A DNA stretch of 50,779 bases from Macrostomum lignano (GCA_002269645.1 NIVC01004314.1:1-50779), one strand, 5' to 3'; positions 14,800 to 27,300 are shown, counted from the first letter of the stretch. Made by a program: numbers and translations. Notes: generated from the sequence alone by a model not told the origin.

Positions 14800-15585
14800 T
14801 ATTGTTATTTACATAGTTATTTGAATAACTATAACTTCAAATAGTTTTTCGAAGGATTGTAGTTTTGTCTCTTGAAGTCTAATATGTGTCTTTGTTTTTC
14901 TCCTTAAAGTAGTGTATCTGATTTTAGCTTTATTTTTGTTGGGATAGGGAAAATCTTGTGTTGTTTTATTGGTTTAAGTTTCGTCATTTTTTTATGGCGT
15001 ATATTTAGAATATATCCTTTTTAGAAACGGTAATTTTTTGCGCGTCATTTTTAGTTATTTAGAGGATATATTCGATTGTGTCATTTCTACATTCTGCGTC
15101 ATCCAAACGCCCCAGCGTGAGTCAGTGCGCGGCCAGCCAATGCCAGCCCGCATGCATTATTCACCGCCTTCGCCTCTAATGAATTCGACTTCATTAACTG
15201 CAGCTGCGAGCCCCGCTCGAGGAGAAAACTTGCTGAATAATTAATAAAGCCAGCAGCCTGCGGCTTGAACACAGATAACAGTAATTAAACTACAGCTACA
15301 CGGAATGAGACCGAGATGCGGGAAGGTGCACCGCTAAATTTGCACTTTTACTCGCAGCTGAGCCTGGTCCGCACGGCAATGAGAACTTTATTTCTAAACT
15401 GCAGAGCTCTGCTCAATTAGGCACAGCCGCACTTTTGAGTGCCGCACGGCTGACGTCAGCGTTGAAATGAAACAAGACTTTACAAGATTGAACGGGCGGG
15501 AAGGGAGAATTCCCCAAGAGAGGCCGGTCTCCCCTCTCTTGGCGAGGAAGGGAGAACATTTGGTTCCTAATGATGCGGAGGGGCA

Positions 15586-16620
15586 AAGGGGACAGACAGG
15601 GCAGAAAGGAGAAAGAGCAGAGTGGGAACAGAGGGGAAGGAGGGGACAGGGGGGCAGGGAATCAGAGGGGACAGGGGAGCAGAGGGGACAGGAAAGCAGA
15701 GGGGACAGGGGAGCAGAGGAGACAGGAAAGCAGAGGGGACAGGAAAGCAGAGGGGACAGGAAAGCAGAGGGGACAGGAAAGCAGAGGGGACAGGAAAGCA
15801 GAGGGGACAGGAAAGCAGAGGGGACAGGGGAGCAGAGGAGACAGGAAAGCAGAGGGGACAGGAAAGCAGAGGGGACAGGAAAGCAGAGGGGACAGGAAAG
15901 CAGAGGGGACAGGAAAGCAGAGGGGACAGGAAAGCAGATGAGACAGGAATCTGATGGGACAGGAAAGCAGAGGGGACAGGGAATCTGATGGGACAGGAAA
16001 GCAGAGGGGACAGAAGGAACAGAGGGGACAGGGAGGACAGGGGACAGAGGGGACAGGAAGGACAGGGGACAGAGGGGACAGGGGACAGAGGAGACAGAGA
16101 ACAGAGGGAGCAGAGGGTACAGAGGGGACAGAAGGAACAGAGGGGACAGGGAGGACAGGGGACAGAGGGGACAGAGGGGACAGGGGACAGAGGAGACAGA
16201 GAACAGAGGGAGCAGAGGGTACAGAGGGGACAGGAAAGCAGAGGGGACAGAAGGAACAGAGGGGACAGGGAGGACAGGGGACAGGAAGGACAGGGGACAG
16301 AGGGGACAGGGGACAGAGGAGACAGAGAACAGAGGGAGCAGAGGGTACAGAGGGGACAGGAAAGCAGAGGGGACAGAAGGAACAGAGGGGACAGGGAGGA
16401 CAGGGGACAGAGGGGACAGGGAGGACAGGGAGGACAGGGGACAGAGGAGACAGAGAACAGAGGGAGCAGAGGGTACAGAGGGGACAGGAAAGCAGAGGGG
16501 ACAGGGGAGCAGAGGGGAAAGGAAAGCAGAGGGGACAGATGGGAGAGGAGACAGAGAACAGAGGGAGCAGGGGGACAGGGGGACAGGGGAGCAGAGGGGG
16601 TAGGAGGGGGCGGGGACCAG
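15586..16620 (+). repeat. Purine-rich minisatellite: 17-bp AGCAGAGGGGACAGGAA units grading into a degenerate ~120-bp higher-order repeat
   Basis: 17-bp period over about 15690-15930. CAGAAGGAAC recurs at 16011, 16129, 16248 and 16374. Lack of stop codons explains the overlapping low-complexity ORFs. Confidence 0.93.
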
Positions 16621-17386
16621 GATACGAGAGTGCAAAATTGCAGAGAAAAGCTGCAAGCAGAAAAAGCCTCGATAAGCAATCGAGAAGCCACAGAGGCGGC
16701 GGTCACGCGGGCAGCCAAGCCGCTATCAGATGAACGCAGCGGGTTTATCTGCCTAGCAACGGTACGGGTGAACTTCTATGTTAATAAAAAATGAACAGCC
16801 AAAGGCAGTGGAGTCAATCAAAAGCCACAAAGGCCCCAGCAACGCTGGTACAGTTTAATTAGTGAATTCGGGAGCGAGTTGGCAGGGCATTTAACACAGC
16901 AGTAAAAATATGCAAATAAAAATGGACACTTTAATTAGCAGGTGGGCAGTTGGACCATCAGATGGGAATGCCTGGCGACAATCTCAAGCTGCAGAGCTGC
17001 ATCACGGAACAGCCGGGCACGCGGCGGAAAATGGGAAAAAACAAAACTGATGGAGTGCCTGGCATTTGGTCTGAGCAGCACCAAGGAGGAAAATCTGTTG
17101 ATTTGCAAAAAAGACGGACAGCAAAAGCAGAGTGCAAAATAAGGCGAATCGGACTTACAGAAATTGAGCTTTAGGAATCATCTCAGTAACTTCAGGGCCA
17201 ATATTAGCCATCTCAGCGGCTGCGCTTGCGAAAACTCTGAGGACACTTGGCTCAAAAAAGCACACTGGAGGCTCCGGGCCTTTTGGATGCTTATGGGGGG
17301 CCACTCAATTCACACTTCAGGCTAAAGCTAAAGCTTCAGGATCATTAAGACAAACTTTAGAGCCTACGTGTACATTCAACTTAAGC

Positions 17387-18146
17387 TTCAGGGTACTCAT
17401 CTGAAACTTCAGGGTGACTTATTTGAAACTTCAGGGTGACCCATTTGAAACTTCAGGGGTGACTCATTTGAAACTTCACGGTTAACTCATTTGAAACTTC
17501 AGGGTTAACTCATTTGAAACTTCAGGGTTAACTCATTTGAAACTTCAGGGGTGACTCATTTGAAACTTCAGGGGTGACTCATTTGAAACTTCAGGGTTAA
17601 CTCATTTGAAACTTCAGGGTTAACTCATTTGAAACTTCAGGGTTAACTCATTTGAAACTTCAGGGTTAACTCATTTGAAACTTCAGGGGTGACTCATTTG
17701 AAACTTCAGGGGTGACTCATTTGAAACTTCAGGGGTGACTCATTTGAAACTTCAGGGGTGACTCATTTGAAACTTCAGGGGTGACTCATTTGAAACTTCA
17801 GGGTTAACTCATTTGAAACTTCAGGGTTAACTCATTTGAAACTTCAGGGGTAACTCATTTGAAACTTCAGGGGTGACTCATTTGAAACTTCAGGGGTGAC
17901 TCATTTGAAACTTCAGGGGTAACTCATTTGAAACTTCAGGGGTAACTCATTTGAAACTTCACGGTTAACTCATTTGAAACTTCAGGGGTGACTCATTTGA
18001 AACTTCACAGTGACTCATTTGAAACTTCAGGGGTAACTCATTTGAAACTTCACGGTTAACTCATTTGAAACTTCAGGGGTGACTCATTTGAAACTTCAGG
18101 GGTAACTCATTTGAAACTTCAGGGGTGACTCATTTGAAACTTCAGG
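17387..18146 (+). repeat. 23-bp minisatellite (TCATTTGAAACTTCAGGGTTAAC / ...GGGGTGAC)n, about 33 copies
   Basis: Period 23 with two alternating variant types. It lies downstream of the RTK stop codon. Confidence 0.96.
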
Positions 18147-18866
18147 AGTCATTTCTCAAAAGCCTGAGGGGCAATTTATTTATAAATTGAGTAGACACTC
18201 AGGCAAAGCATCAGTCAGAACAAAAAGGCTAAAAGCAAAGCAGGCCGGTCCCCAAAAAGTGCTGGATTTTGAGCCTAAAAAGAGTCTTACACTTAAGATT
18301 TTGCAACACAACACGTAAAAACTAAATAAAAAAGGTAAACACAGAATACAAAGAACTCAATTTGATAAAAAAGCCAGTGAGCGGTGAGCAGTGTGATGAA
18401 GGCGGCACGCGGGCCAGCCCAATAGCTTCAGGAATACATACAAAGGAATTCAACAAGCGCTGAGCAGGCTGCTGAGCACAGGAAGCGGTGAGCGAGCTTA
18501 GGTATGTACATGAGTGACAGTTGGCAGTAGGGCCGCAAAGGCAGCTGGAATGAGCGACATGACGGCAGTGCAGGTATGTACAGTTGGCGAGCAAGGCTCG
18601 GTAAAGTAAGACTCTTTGTTCGCTTCGCCTAGTCCGCTATTCTGATAGGTCAAAGTTGGAAGATTTCGGCTGGAATGCTTGCCGTGAGCTGTCAGGCAAG
18701 CGAGGCGAACAAAGAGTCTCCCCTGTGGCCCGGCACGAACCCCAGTTTGAGCAGTTCACAGTGCTCTGTGACCGAATATAGCAAGCAAACCAATGCAGCC
18801 ACTCTCGAGAGGCTGCACATCAGTAAAACCCTAACTCAGAACGTCAGTAAGGCAGTCAGCAGCCGG

Positions 18867-19649
18867 TCAGCAGTGCGTGGCGGCCTGGTGCAGCTGGTAG
18901 GTGAGCGAGCTGAAGCCAGGCCTGTCCGCCCGCGCCTGGGCCCAGCAGGCCCGCATCAAGGCCCACACATTGTCTGGCGCCCTGTCCGGCCTGGGCAGCA
19001 GGCTGGGCGGCTCCTGCAGCTTCATGTCCCACACCTGCTCAACTGAGTAGCCGGTCCACGGCTGCTCGCCCATGCTGAACAGCTCCCACAGCAGCACGCC
19101 GAAGGCGTACACGTCCGACTCCGGGTAGAAGCGGCTCTCGCGCACGGTCTCGGGCGCCAGCCAGCGCACGGGCAGGCACTCCGACTCCGACACCACGTAG
19201 GCCGCCCGGTTGCCCAGCGGCAGTTTGCGGCACATTCCGAAGTCGGCCAGCCGGATATCGTAATCGGATGTGACCAGGATGTTGCGGCTGGCCAGGTCCC
19301 TGAACACCAGGCCCCGCTTGCTGATGTAGCTCAGCGCGTTCGCCACCTGCGAGCCCATGCGCAGCAGGTCCGCCAGCCGCAGCGGCCGCAGCTGCGACTC
19401 GCTCGGCGCCGCCGCCGAAGATACCGTCGCAGCCTCGGCAGAAGTGCCGGCCACGGAGGTCGTGAGTTCGATCGCCTCAGAATTGGCGGCCGGGTCAGCT
19501 GTGGGCCGGCCGTTGGGAACGGCCGAGTGCTGCTCCGGCTGGCCGAACTTGCCTTTGGCCGAGTTGCGCAGCAGCGTCTGCAGATCGCCGAACTCGCAGT
19601 ACTCCACCAGCAGGCAGAACGGCCGCGTGCTGGCGCAGATGCCGAACAC
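18867..19649 (-). CDS. RTK exon 9: kinase C-lobe with an A/S/T-rich kinase insert, and stop codon
   Basis: VFGICAS...LLVEYCEFGDL, FRDLASRNILV, DFGMCR, LPVRWLAPE, SDVYAFGVLLWELFS, CW...RPGF. Acceptor CTCGCAG|. Confidence 0.95.
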   Translation of the reverse strand: MFGICASTRPFCLLVEYCEFGDLQTLLRNSAKGKFGQPEQHSAVPNGRPTADPAANSEAIELTTSVAGTSAEAATVSSAAAPSESQLRPLRLADLLRMGSQVANALSYISKRGLVFRDLASRNILVTSDYDIRLADFGMCRKLPLGNRAAYVVSESECLPVRWLAPETVRESRFYPESDVYAFGVLLWELFSMGEQPWTGYSVEQVWDMKLQEPPSLLPRPDRAPDNVWALMRACWAQARADRPGFSSLTYQLHQAATHC

Positions 19650-22600
19650 CTGCGAGGTGTTTTGCAGTGGGGATGAATGCTCACTCTGGGGTTTGATCAG
19701 CTTTATCATAAAGGGTGGGATCAGATTTAACATTCCTGCATCATGTATATTTATCCCACTGCTCAGTTTCCACCCTGGCCATCTCACTGCTCAGCCTCAT
19801 CAATGCTCTATCTCACTGCTCAGCCTCATCAATGCTCCATCTCACTGCTCAGCCTCATCAATACTCCATCTCACTGCTCAGCCTCATCAATGCTCCATCT
19901 CACTGCTCAGCCTCATCAATGCTCCATCTCACTGCTCAGCCTCATCAATGCTCCATCTCACTGCTCAGCCTCATCAATGCTCCATCTCACTGCTCAGCCT
20001 CATCAATACTCCATCTCACTGCTCAGCCTCATCAATGCTCCATCTCACTGCTCAGCCTCATCAATGCTCCATCTCACTGCTCAGCCTCATCAATGCTCCA
20101 TCTCACTGCTCAGCCTCATCAATGCTCCATCTCACTGCTCAGCCTCATCAATGCTCCATCTCACTGCTCAGCCTTATCAATGCTCCATCTCACTGCTCAG
20201 CCTCATCAATGCGCCATTTCACTGCCCTTATCAATCAGTGCAGTTCGAATGCAGCAAGAACAGGAGTCAGGCAGGATAGCAGAAACTATTTGTCAGTGTA
20301 TATATTTACACAGCGCAATGCAAGAATAAGTATTGTGCAAGTTTATTTTCAGTCAGGAATGTGCAATAATAAATCTGCCTTGTGCAGCAACTGATGCAAA
20401 TCTACTAGGGCTGCACTGTTTAAAACCTGCGGCTGTTTACAGGGCACACAAAAGAGCCGATGGCAGATGCCCTGACAAGCGCATAAACTGCGCAGGCCCC
20501 AAGCATCAACAGGAGGGTCAAGCCAGATCTATTTTTAGCACAGCACGCGTACTGAATTAAACACTGGAAACTGGCCAGGGGCACAGCACCGCACAGACTT
20601 GCATCCGCGTGCGAGAAACGGAAGTTCGATGTTTATGAGCGGCAAGAGATTGTGGCAAGCTATCTGAGGATGAGATATTCCATAGCAGAATGTGGGGATA
20701 TTCCATAGCAGAATGTGGGGATATTCCATAGCAGAATGTGGGGATATTCCATAGCAGAATGTGGGGATATTCCATAGCAGAATGTGGGGATATTCCATAG
20801 CAGAATGTGGGGATATTCCATAGCAGAATGTGGGGATATTCCATAGCAGAATGTGGGGATATTCCATAGCAGAATGTGGGGATATTCCATAGCAGAATGT
20901 GGGGATATTCCATAGCAGAATGTGGGGATATTCCATAGCAGAATGTGGGGATATTCCATAGCAGAATATGGGGATTTTCCAAAGCAGAATGTGGGGATAT
21001 TCCATACCAATGATGCTCCATCAGGACTGGGCATACAAATGGCACACAGGCAGCGGGCCCTGAGCAAGCAGCAGCTCACCTGCATCACATATCGGTGCTC
21101 CATGCCCAGCAGCAGCTCAGCCTCGGAGAAGAATGACTCCACAATCTGGTCATCGGCGGTCTCATCCAGCACTTTAAGCGCCACCAGCTTGGGCATATCG
21201 GGCCTGGCCTCCTTGTACTTGGTGGTCTCAACCAGGTGCACGGTGAAAAATGCGCCCTTGCCGATCATCTTGCCCAGATCGGCGAAGTCGTCGTGCGAGT
21301 AGGCCAGCCGCTCGAGTCTTCGAAGGTCGAAACGGTCAATGAGGATGCGTTCTCAGAGTTCTCAACAAAGATTTTTAATATATTACTAATAAATTCGGCA
21401 CATTTAAAACCACGGGTCAATAACAGCTGTTATATTCATGCATTTCTACTGCAGGTTCAACTTCCAGTAGTGCAATATGAAAATTGCCAGTAAAACAAAT
21501 GGAAACTGAGTGGCTTTTTAGGGCGTCTAAACAGAGCCAAAAGCCTTAAATGGACATTTTCTAGGAAACAGTCGCACAAGAGCCGGCTAAAAATAAACCC
21601 ACTGCACATGCCTAATTTGAAGCCTGTTTTTTAATTCCCAGAGAGTAATAAGAGGCAGATAAAATGCAGAAGCTTGGCTCGCTGCCAAATTAAGTCAGGA
21701 GGGGGGAATCTCGGGGAAGGCTCAAGCAGGGGACCACCCGCGATGAGCTGCTCTGTGTCCGCTGTGTGCACTGAGATAAGCGCTATCAGAGCGGCCCCAG
21801 GGTCTCTTCCAAGAGCAGCAGAAGCCCCTAGCGGTTAGTTACAAGCCATGTCTCCGAGCAAAACCGCGCCCAAAATCAGTGCACCCAGTTCCTTGAGGAT
21901 TTTTATACGCAAACTGCAAAGCGCTCCCCTGGGGCAGGTAACTTTTGAAGGTCGGTTCGGTTCGCAGGCTTGAAGACTTGCTACTCAGCTCGTACTGCAG
22001 AATAAAATGCATCTTTTAGCTTTTTAACTCAGTCCCATAGTTTTCAACACCTTCAGCTTATTGTGAGCTCCGTGTCTCGTGCGCAATCGGGGGAATTCTA
22101 AGGGCCTCAGAGACGCAAGCATGTTGCGCAGTTCATGAAATCGCTTCTTCAGAAAGCCAGCATCGACCAACTTCAGTTATAAGCAAGACTAAAAATGCAA
22201 ACATGAGATTGGGTCTTCAAGTTTTCCTATTCGAATTCTACAAAGTTTATCTTTGACTCCCATCAATGAAGAACCCCACACTGACACAGCTGCACTCATT
22301 TCCATAAGCAGGCTAGAATCCAATTCGCTCCGTATCCAAGCAGGCTGAGCAGCGGCTGAAGTGGCCTCGCTTATGCCCCCCCGCTCAAAGTGCTAATAAG
22401 CCAGCGAACTCTGGGGCTGCCTGACTGCGCTGCACTGCTACCGGCCTCACTTCATCACTTTACTCGAGCCCAGCCTCCTACAGCCCGTGCACCTGGCTCT
22501 GCTTCATCAAAGCCTCTCTGACCTCAGCGCTATTATCTGCAGCTCTTATTGTCATCATTGCAAAGCTAATATTTTTCTCTCTTTAATTTTAAAATGCGTT

Positions 22601-24294
22601 GACCCGCACAGAATTGCAAAGCGGCTCACATTGCAGCTGGCGGCTGCGCCAGGCACTTCAGTCAGATTTCAGCTGTGCGACTGAGCACTGCTCATGCCAA
22701 CTCAGCTGATCACCAGCTGCTGTGTCTGACCTCTCAGCCAGCCCTATCCCCTGTCCAACCCACCCTATCCTCTTGTCTAACCCACCCTATCTACCATGTC
22801 TAACCCACCCTATTCCTCTTGTTTAACCCTCTAACACCTTGTCTAACCCACCCTATCTACCATGTCTAACCCACTCTATCCCTCTTGTCTAACCCACCCT
22901 ATCCCTTTGTCTAACCCACCCTATCTACCATGTCTACCCACCCTATCTACCATGTCTAACCCACCCTATCTACCATGTCTAACCCACCCTATTCCTCTTG
23001 TTTAACCCTCTAACACCTTGTCTAACCCACCCTATCTACCATGTTTAACCCACTCTATCCCTCTTGTCTAACCCACCCTATCCCTTTGTCTAACCCACCC
23101 TATCTACCATGTCTACCCACCCTATCTACCATGTCTACCCACCCTATCTACCATGTCTAACCCACCCTATCTACCATGTCTAACCCACCCTATCCCCTTG
23201 TCTAACCCACCCTATCTACCATGTCTACCCACCCTATCTACCATGTCTAACCCACCCTATCTACCGTGTCTAACCAACCCTATCCCCTTGTCTAACCCAC
23301 CCTATCTACCATGTCTAACCCACCCTATCCCCTTGTCTAACTCACTCTTTCCCTCTTGTCTAACCACACTATGCTCTTGTCTAAGACCTAGAATTTCACG
23401 GCGGGCAGAGTGAGAGCTGCCCACCCGCAGTCCAATACTAGTCTCTTAGAAGTCCATGACGGGCACAATTCAGCTCCGGGGCTTGTGACCCACCTTGAGG
23501 CGACAAAAAAGCCGCGAGAATTGCGCAGCGGCAAGACTTGCCCCTCCCAGCAAGAAAGAGCAGCATTTCAATGCGCCAGCAATATGCGACGCGAGAGCCT
23601 GCAGAACATGATACAAGCAGGAGAGCATTCGGTCAGAGTTAGCCTGTAGCAGCCATCCTTGCAGTGCATTCTTTTCTAAGAAAGGAGCGAGGTTCCCAGA
23701 GTTGGAGTGCCTGGAGTGCCAGCCCGAGAATCTGCGCACCAATCAGCCGTCAGATTTCCTAGAAAGGCTGCAGATCCAACAGGCCCAGAAATACCGCAGC
23801 AGCTTTTGTTCATTCCGCCCTGCATAGAGTATTAGAATGTCAGTCCGCCCTGCCTAGAGTATTCGAATGTCAGTCTGCCCTGCATAGAGTATTAGAATGT
23901 CAGTCTGCCCTGCATAGAGTATTAGAATGTCAGTCTGCCCTGCATAGAGTATTAGAATGTCAGTCTGCCCTGCATAGAGTATTAGAATGTCAGTCTGCCC
24001 TGTATAGAGTATTAGAATTAATGTCCGATTGCCCTGCAGAGCCATTCCACAGCACTCACTTCGGGTAGGTTTTGGCCAGGTGGGTCTTCTGTCCGAATTT
24101 CACGTTGCGCTGGATGATCATGTTGGGGTCGCCCGGGTCGCCTGACAGCAGCTGGTGGCTATGGGCCAGGCTGACCGACTCCTCACACTGGTCCTGCGGG
24201 GTGGGACTGGCTGCTGAGGACTGGCTACCTGAATGGCAGACAGGCAGAAAGACAAGCAGAGAGACAGACGACAGACAGAAAGACAAACAGACAC

Positions 24295-24361
<67 letters not shown>

Positions 24362-27300
24362 CTCAATACTTGATCGGGGATTTATTACTCCTCGCGGGTC
24401 AGCATGGAAGCTGCCTTGAGCCACAACAGAAGCGAGGATTTATTACCCCTCGCAGGTCAGCATAAAAGCTGCCTTGAGCCACAACAGACGCGAGGATTTA
24501 TTACCCCTCGCAGGTCAGCATGGAAGCTGCCTTGAGCCACAACAGACGCGAGGATTTATTACCCATCGCAGGTCAGCATGGAAGCTGCCTTGAGCCACAA
24601 CAGACGCGAGGATTTATTACCCCTCGCAGGTCAGCATGGAAGCTGCCTTGAGCCACAACAGAAGCGAGGATTTATTACCCATCGCAGGTCAGCATGGAAG
24701 CTGCCTTGAGCCACAACAGACGCGAGGATTTATTACCCCTCGCAGGTCAGCATGGAAGCTGCCTTGAGCCACAACAGACGCGAGGATTTATTACCCATCG
24801 CAGGTCAGCATGGAAGCTGCCTTGAGCCACAACAGAAGCGAGGATTTATTACCCATCGCAGGTCAGCATGGAAGCTGCCTTGAGCCACAACAGACGCGAG
24901 GATTTATTACCCTCGCAGGTCAGCATGGAAGCTGCCTTGAGCCACAACAGACGCGAGGATTTATTACCCATCGCAGGTCAGCATGGAAGCTGCCTTGAGC
25001 CACAACAGACGCGAGGATTTATTACCCATCGCAGGTCAGCATGGAAGCTGCCTTGAGCCACAACAGAAGCGAGGATTTATTACCCATCGCAGGTCAGCAT
25101 GGAAGCTGCCTTGAGCCACAACAGACGCGAGGATTTATTACCCCTCGCAGGTCAGCATGGAAGCTGCCTTGAGCCACAACAGACGCGAGGATTTATTACC
25201 CATCGCAGGTCAGCATGGAAGCTGCCTTGAGCCACAACAGAAGCGAGGATTTATTACCCATCGCAGGTCAGCATGGAAGCTGCCTTGAGCCACAACAGAC
25301 GCGAGGATTTATTACCCCTCGCAGGTCAGCATGGAAGCTGCCTTGAGCCACAACAGACGCGAGGATTTATTACCCATCGCAGGTCAGCATGGAAGCTGCC
25401 TTGAGCCACAACAGAAGCGAGGATTTATTACCCATCGCAGGTCAGCATGGAAGCTGCCTTGAGCCACAACAGACGCGAGGATTTATTACCCCTCGCAGGT
25501 CAGCATGGAAGCTGCCTTGAGCCACAACAGACGCGAGGATTTATTACCCTCGCAGGTCAGCATGGAAGCTGCCTTGAGCCACAACAGACGCGAGGATTTA
25601 TTACCCCTCGCAGGTCAGCATGGAAGCTGCCTTGAGCCACAACAGACGCGAGGATTTATTACCCTCGCAGGTCAGCATGGAAGCTGCCTTGAGCCACAAC
25701 AGACGCGAGGATTTATTACCCCTCGCAGGTCAGCATGGAAGCTGCCTTGAGCCACAACAGACGCGAGGATTTATTACCCCTCGCAGGTCAGCATGGAAGC
25801 TGCCTTGAGCCACAACAGACGCGAGGATTTATTACCCATCGCAGGTCAGCATGGAAGCTGCCTTGAGCCACAACAGAAGCGAGGATTTATTACCCCTCGC
25901 AGGTCAGCATGGAAGCTGCCTTGAGCCACAACAGAGGCGAGGATTTATTACCCATCGCAGGTCAGCATGGAAGCTGCCTTGAGCCACAACAGACGCGAGG
26001 ATTTATTACCCCTCGCAGGTCAGCATGGAAGCTGCCTTGAGCCACAACAGACGCGAGGATTTATTACCCATCGCAGGTCAGCATGGAAGCTGCCTTGAGC
26101 CACAACAGAAGCGAGGATTTATTACCCATCGCAGGTCAGCATGGAAGCTGCCTTGAGCCACAACAGACGCGAGGATTTATTACCCCTCGCAGGTCAGCAT
26201 GGAAGCTGCCTTGAGCCACAACAGACGCGAGGATTTATTACCCATCGCAGGTCAGCATAAAAGCTGCCTTGAGCCACAACAGACGCGAGGATTTATTACC
26301 CCTCGCAGGTCAGCATAAAAGCTGCCTTGAGCCACAACAGACGCTCAACAGACGGCAGACAGACAGCAGACACATAGACATACAGACACCAACCTTGGCG
26401 CTGCTCTTTGCCACATTTCTCCTAAGCAGCATGATTCCGAGGATGATGCAGCACAGCAAGATCACGAAGGCCACAGCGGCAACAATGACGGCAGTCCTGA
26501 TGGGGTCGGACATGCCTAGGCCGGACAAGCCGAGCGGCAGCTGGTCCTCCGGACACTCCAGCACCGGACAGATGATGAAAAACCTTTGGGGGATTCGACA
26601 GTTAGGAATTGAATTTAAGAGGGAAGAGGTAAGATAGAAAAGCGCAGCGCCAAATCTTCACCGCCCTCACCGAGTGTTCGATTTGTCAACGCACGACGGC
26701 CGGTGGAACTGGGCGCCCGGGTTGCGGCACTCGCTGCCGGCGTCTTGGAGGCTGGTGAAGTAGTCAGCAGATAGCAGGCGGTTGGCGGCGGAGCTCCACT
26801 TGGCGCAGCCGGACTGCACCGCCTGCGGGAAGGGGCGAGGAGCTGGTGTGGGTGTCTGGGTCTGCCTTCGTGGCTGTCTGTGCATCTGTAACTGCTTTTC
26901 TGTTTGTGTCTGTCTCTCTGTAGTACTTTGTGTCTGTTTGTCTGTCTCTCTGTAACATTTGTCTTTTGTACCTGTTCCTGTAATTGCTTTTGTCTGTTTG
27001 TGTCTCTCTGTAATTGCTTGTGTCTGTCTGTAACAGATTGTGTCTGTATCGACCTGTCTGTCTATATCTGCTAGCCTGGCTGTACTTGTCTGTAACTGCC
27101 TGTCTGTCTGACTGCTGTACGCGTCTCCGCCTCCGGCCCACCTCAGCTCTGTCGCTCGGCTCCCTGTAAAACAGGCCCCGCCAGAAGTCCCTCCTGGAGA
27201 AGCAGCCTCTCGTATTGGTGCTGTCGTCGGACTCGAGCGCACCAGACGCTGGCCGCGCGTGCCGCAGCATGACGGCCTCCAGGTCGAAGCGGGCGTGACA

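Noticed and set aside
15394-16794. Long ORFs (up to 420 aa) on both strands
   Set aside because: These are stop-free translations of the purine-rich minisatellite, with low complexity in every frame.
19357-21045. ORFs of 150-345 aa with repeated peptides (HLTAQPHQCS..., MEYPHILLWN...)
   Set aside because: They are antisense to the kinase exon or translations of the 29- and 23-bp intronic repeats cycling through frames.
23400-23810. Possible LINE ORF2 C-terminal fragment (..QAQKYRSSF)
   Set aside because: Only a short motif resemblance, with no RT motifs and stops in all frames.
24810-25808. Repeated short ORFs MEAALSHNRREDLL...
   Set aside because: They are products of the 58-bp array, created by single-base indels.
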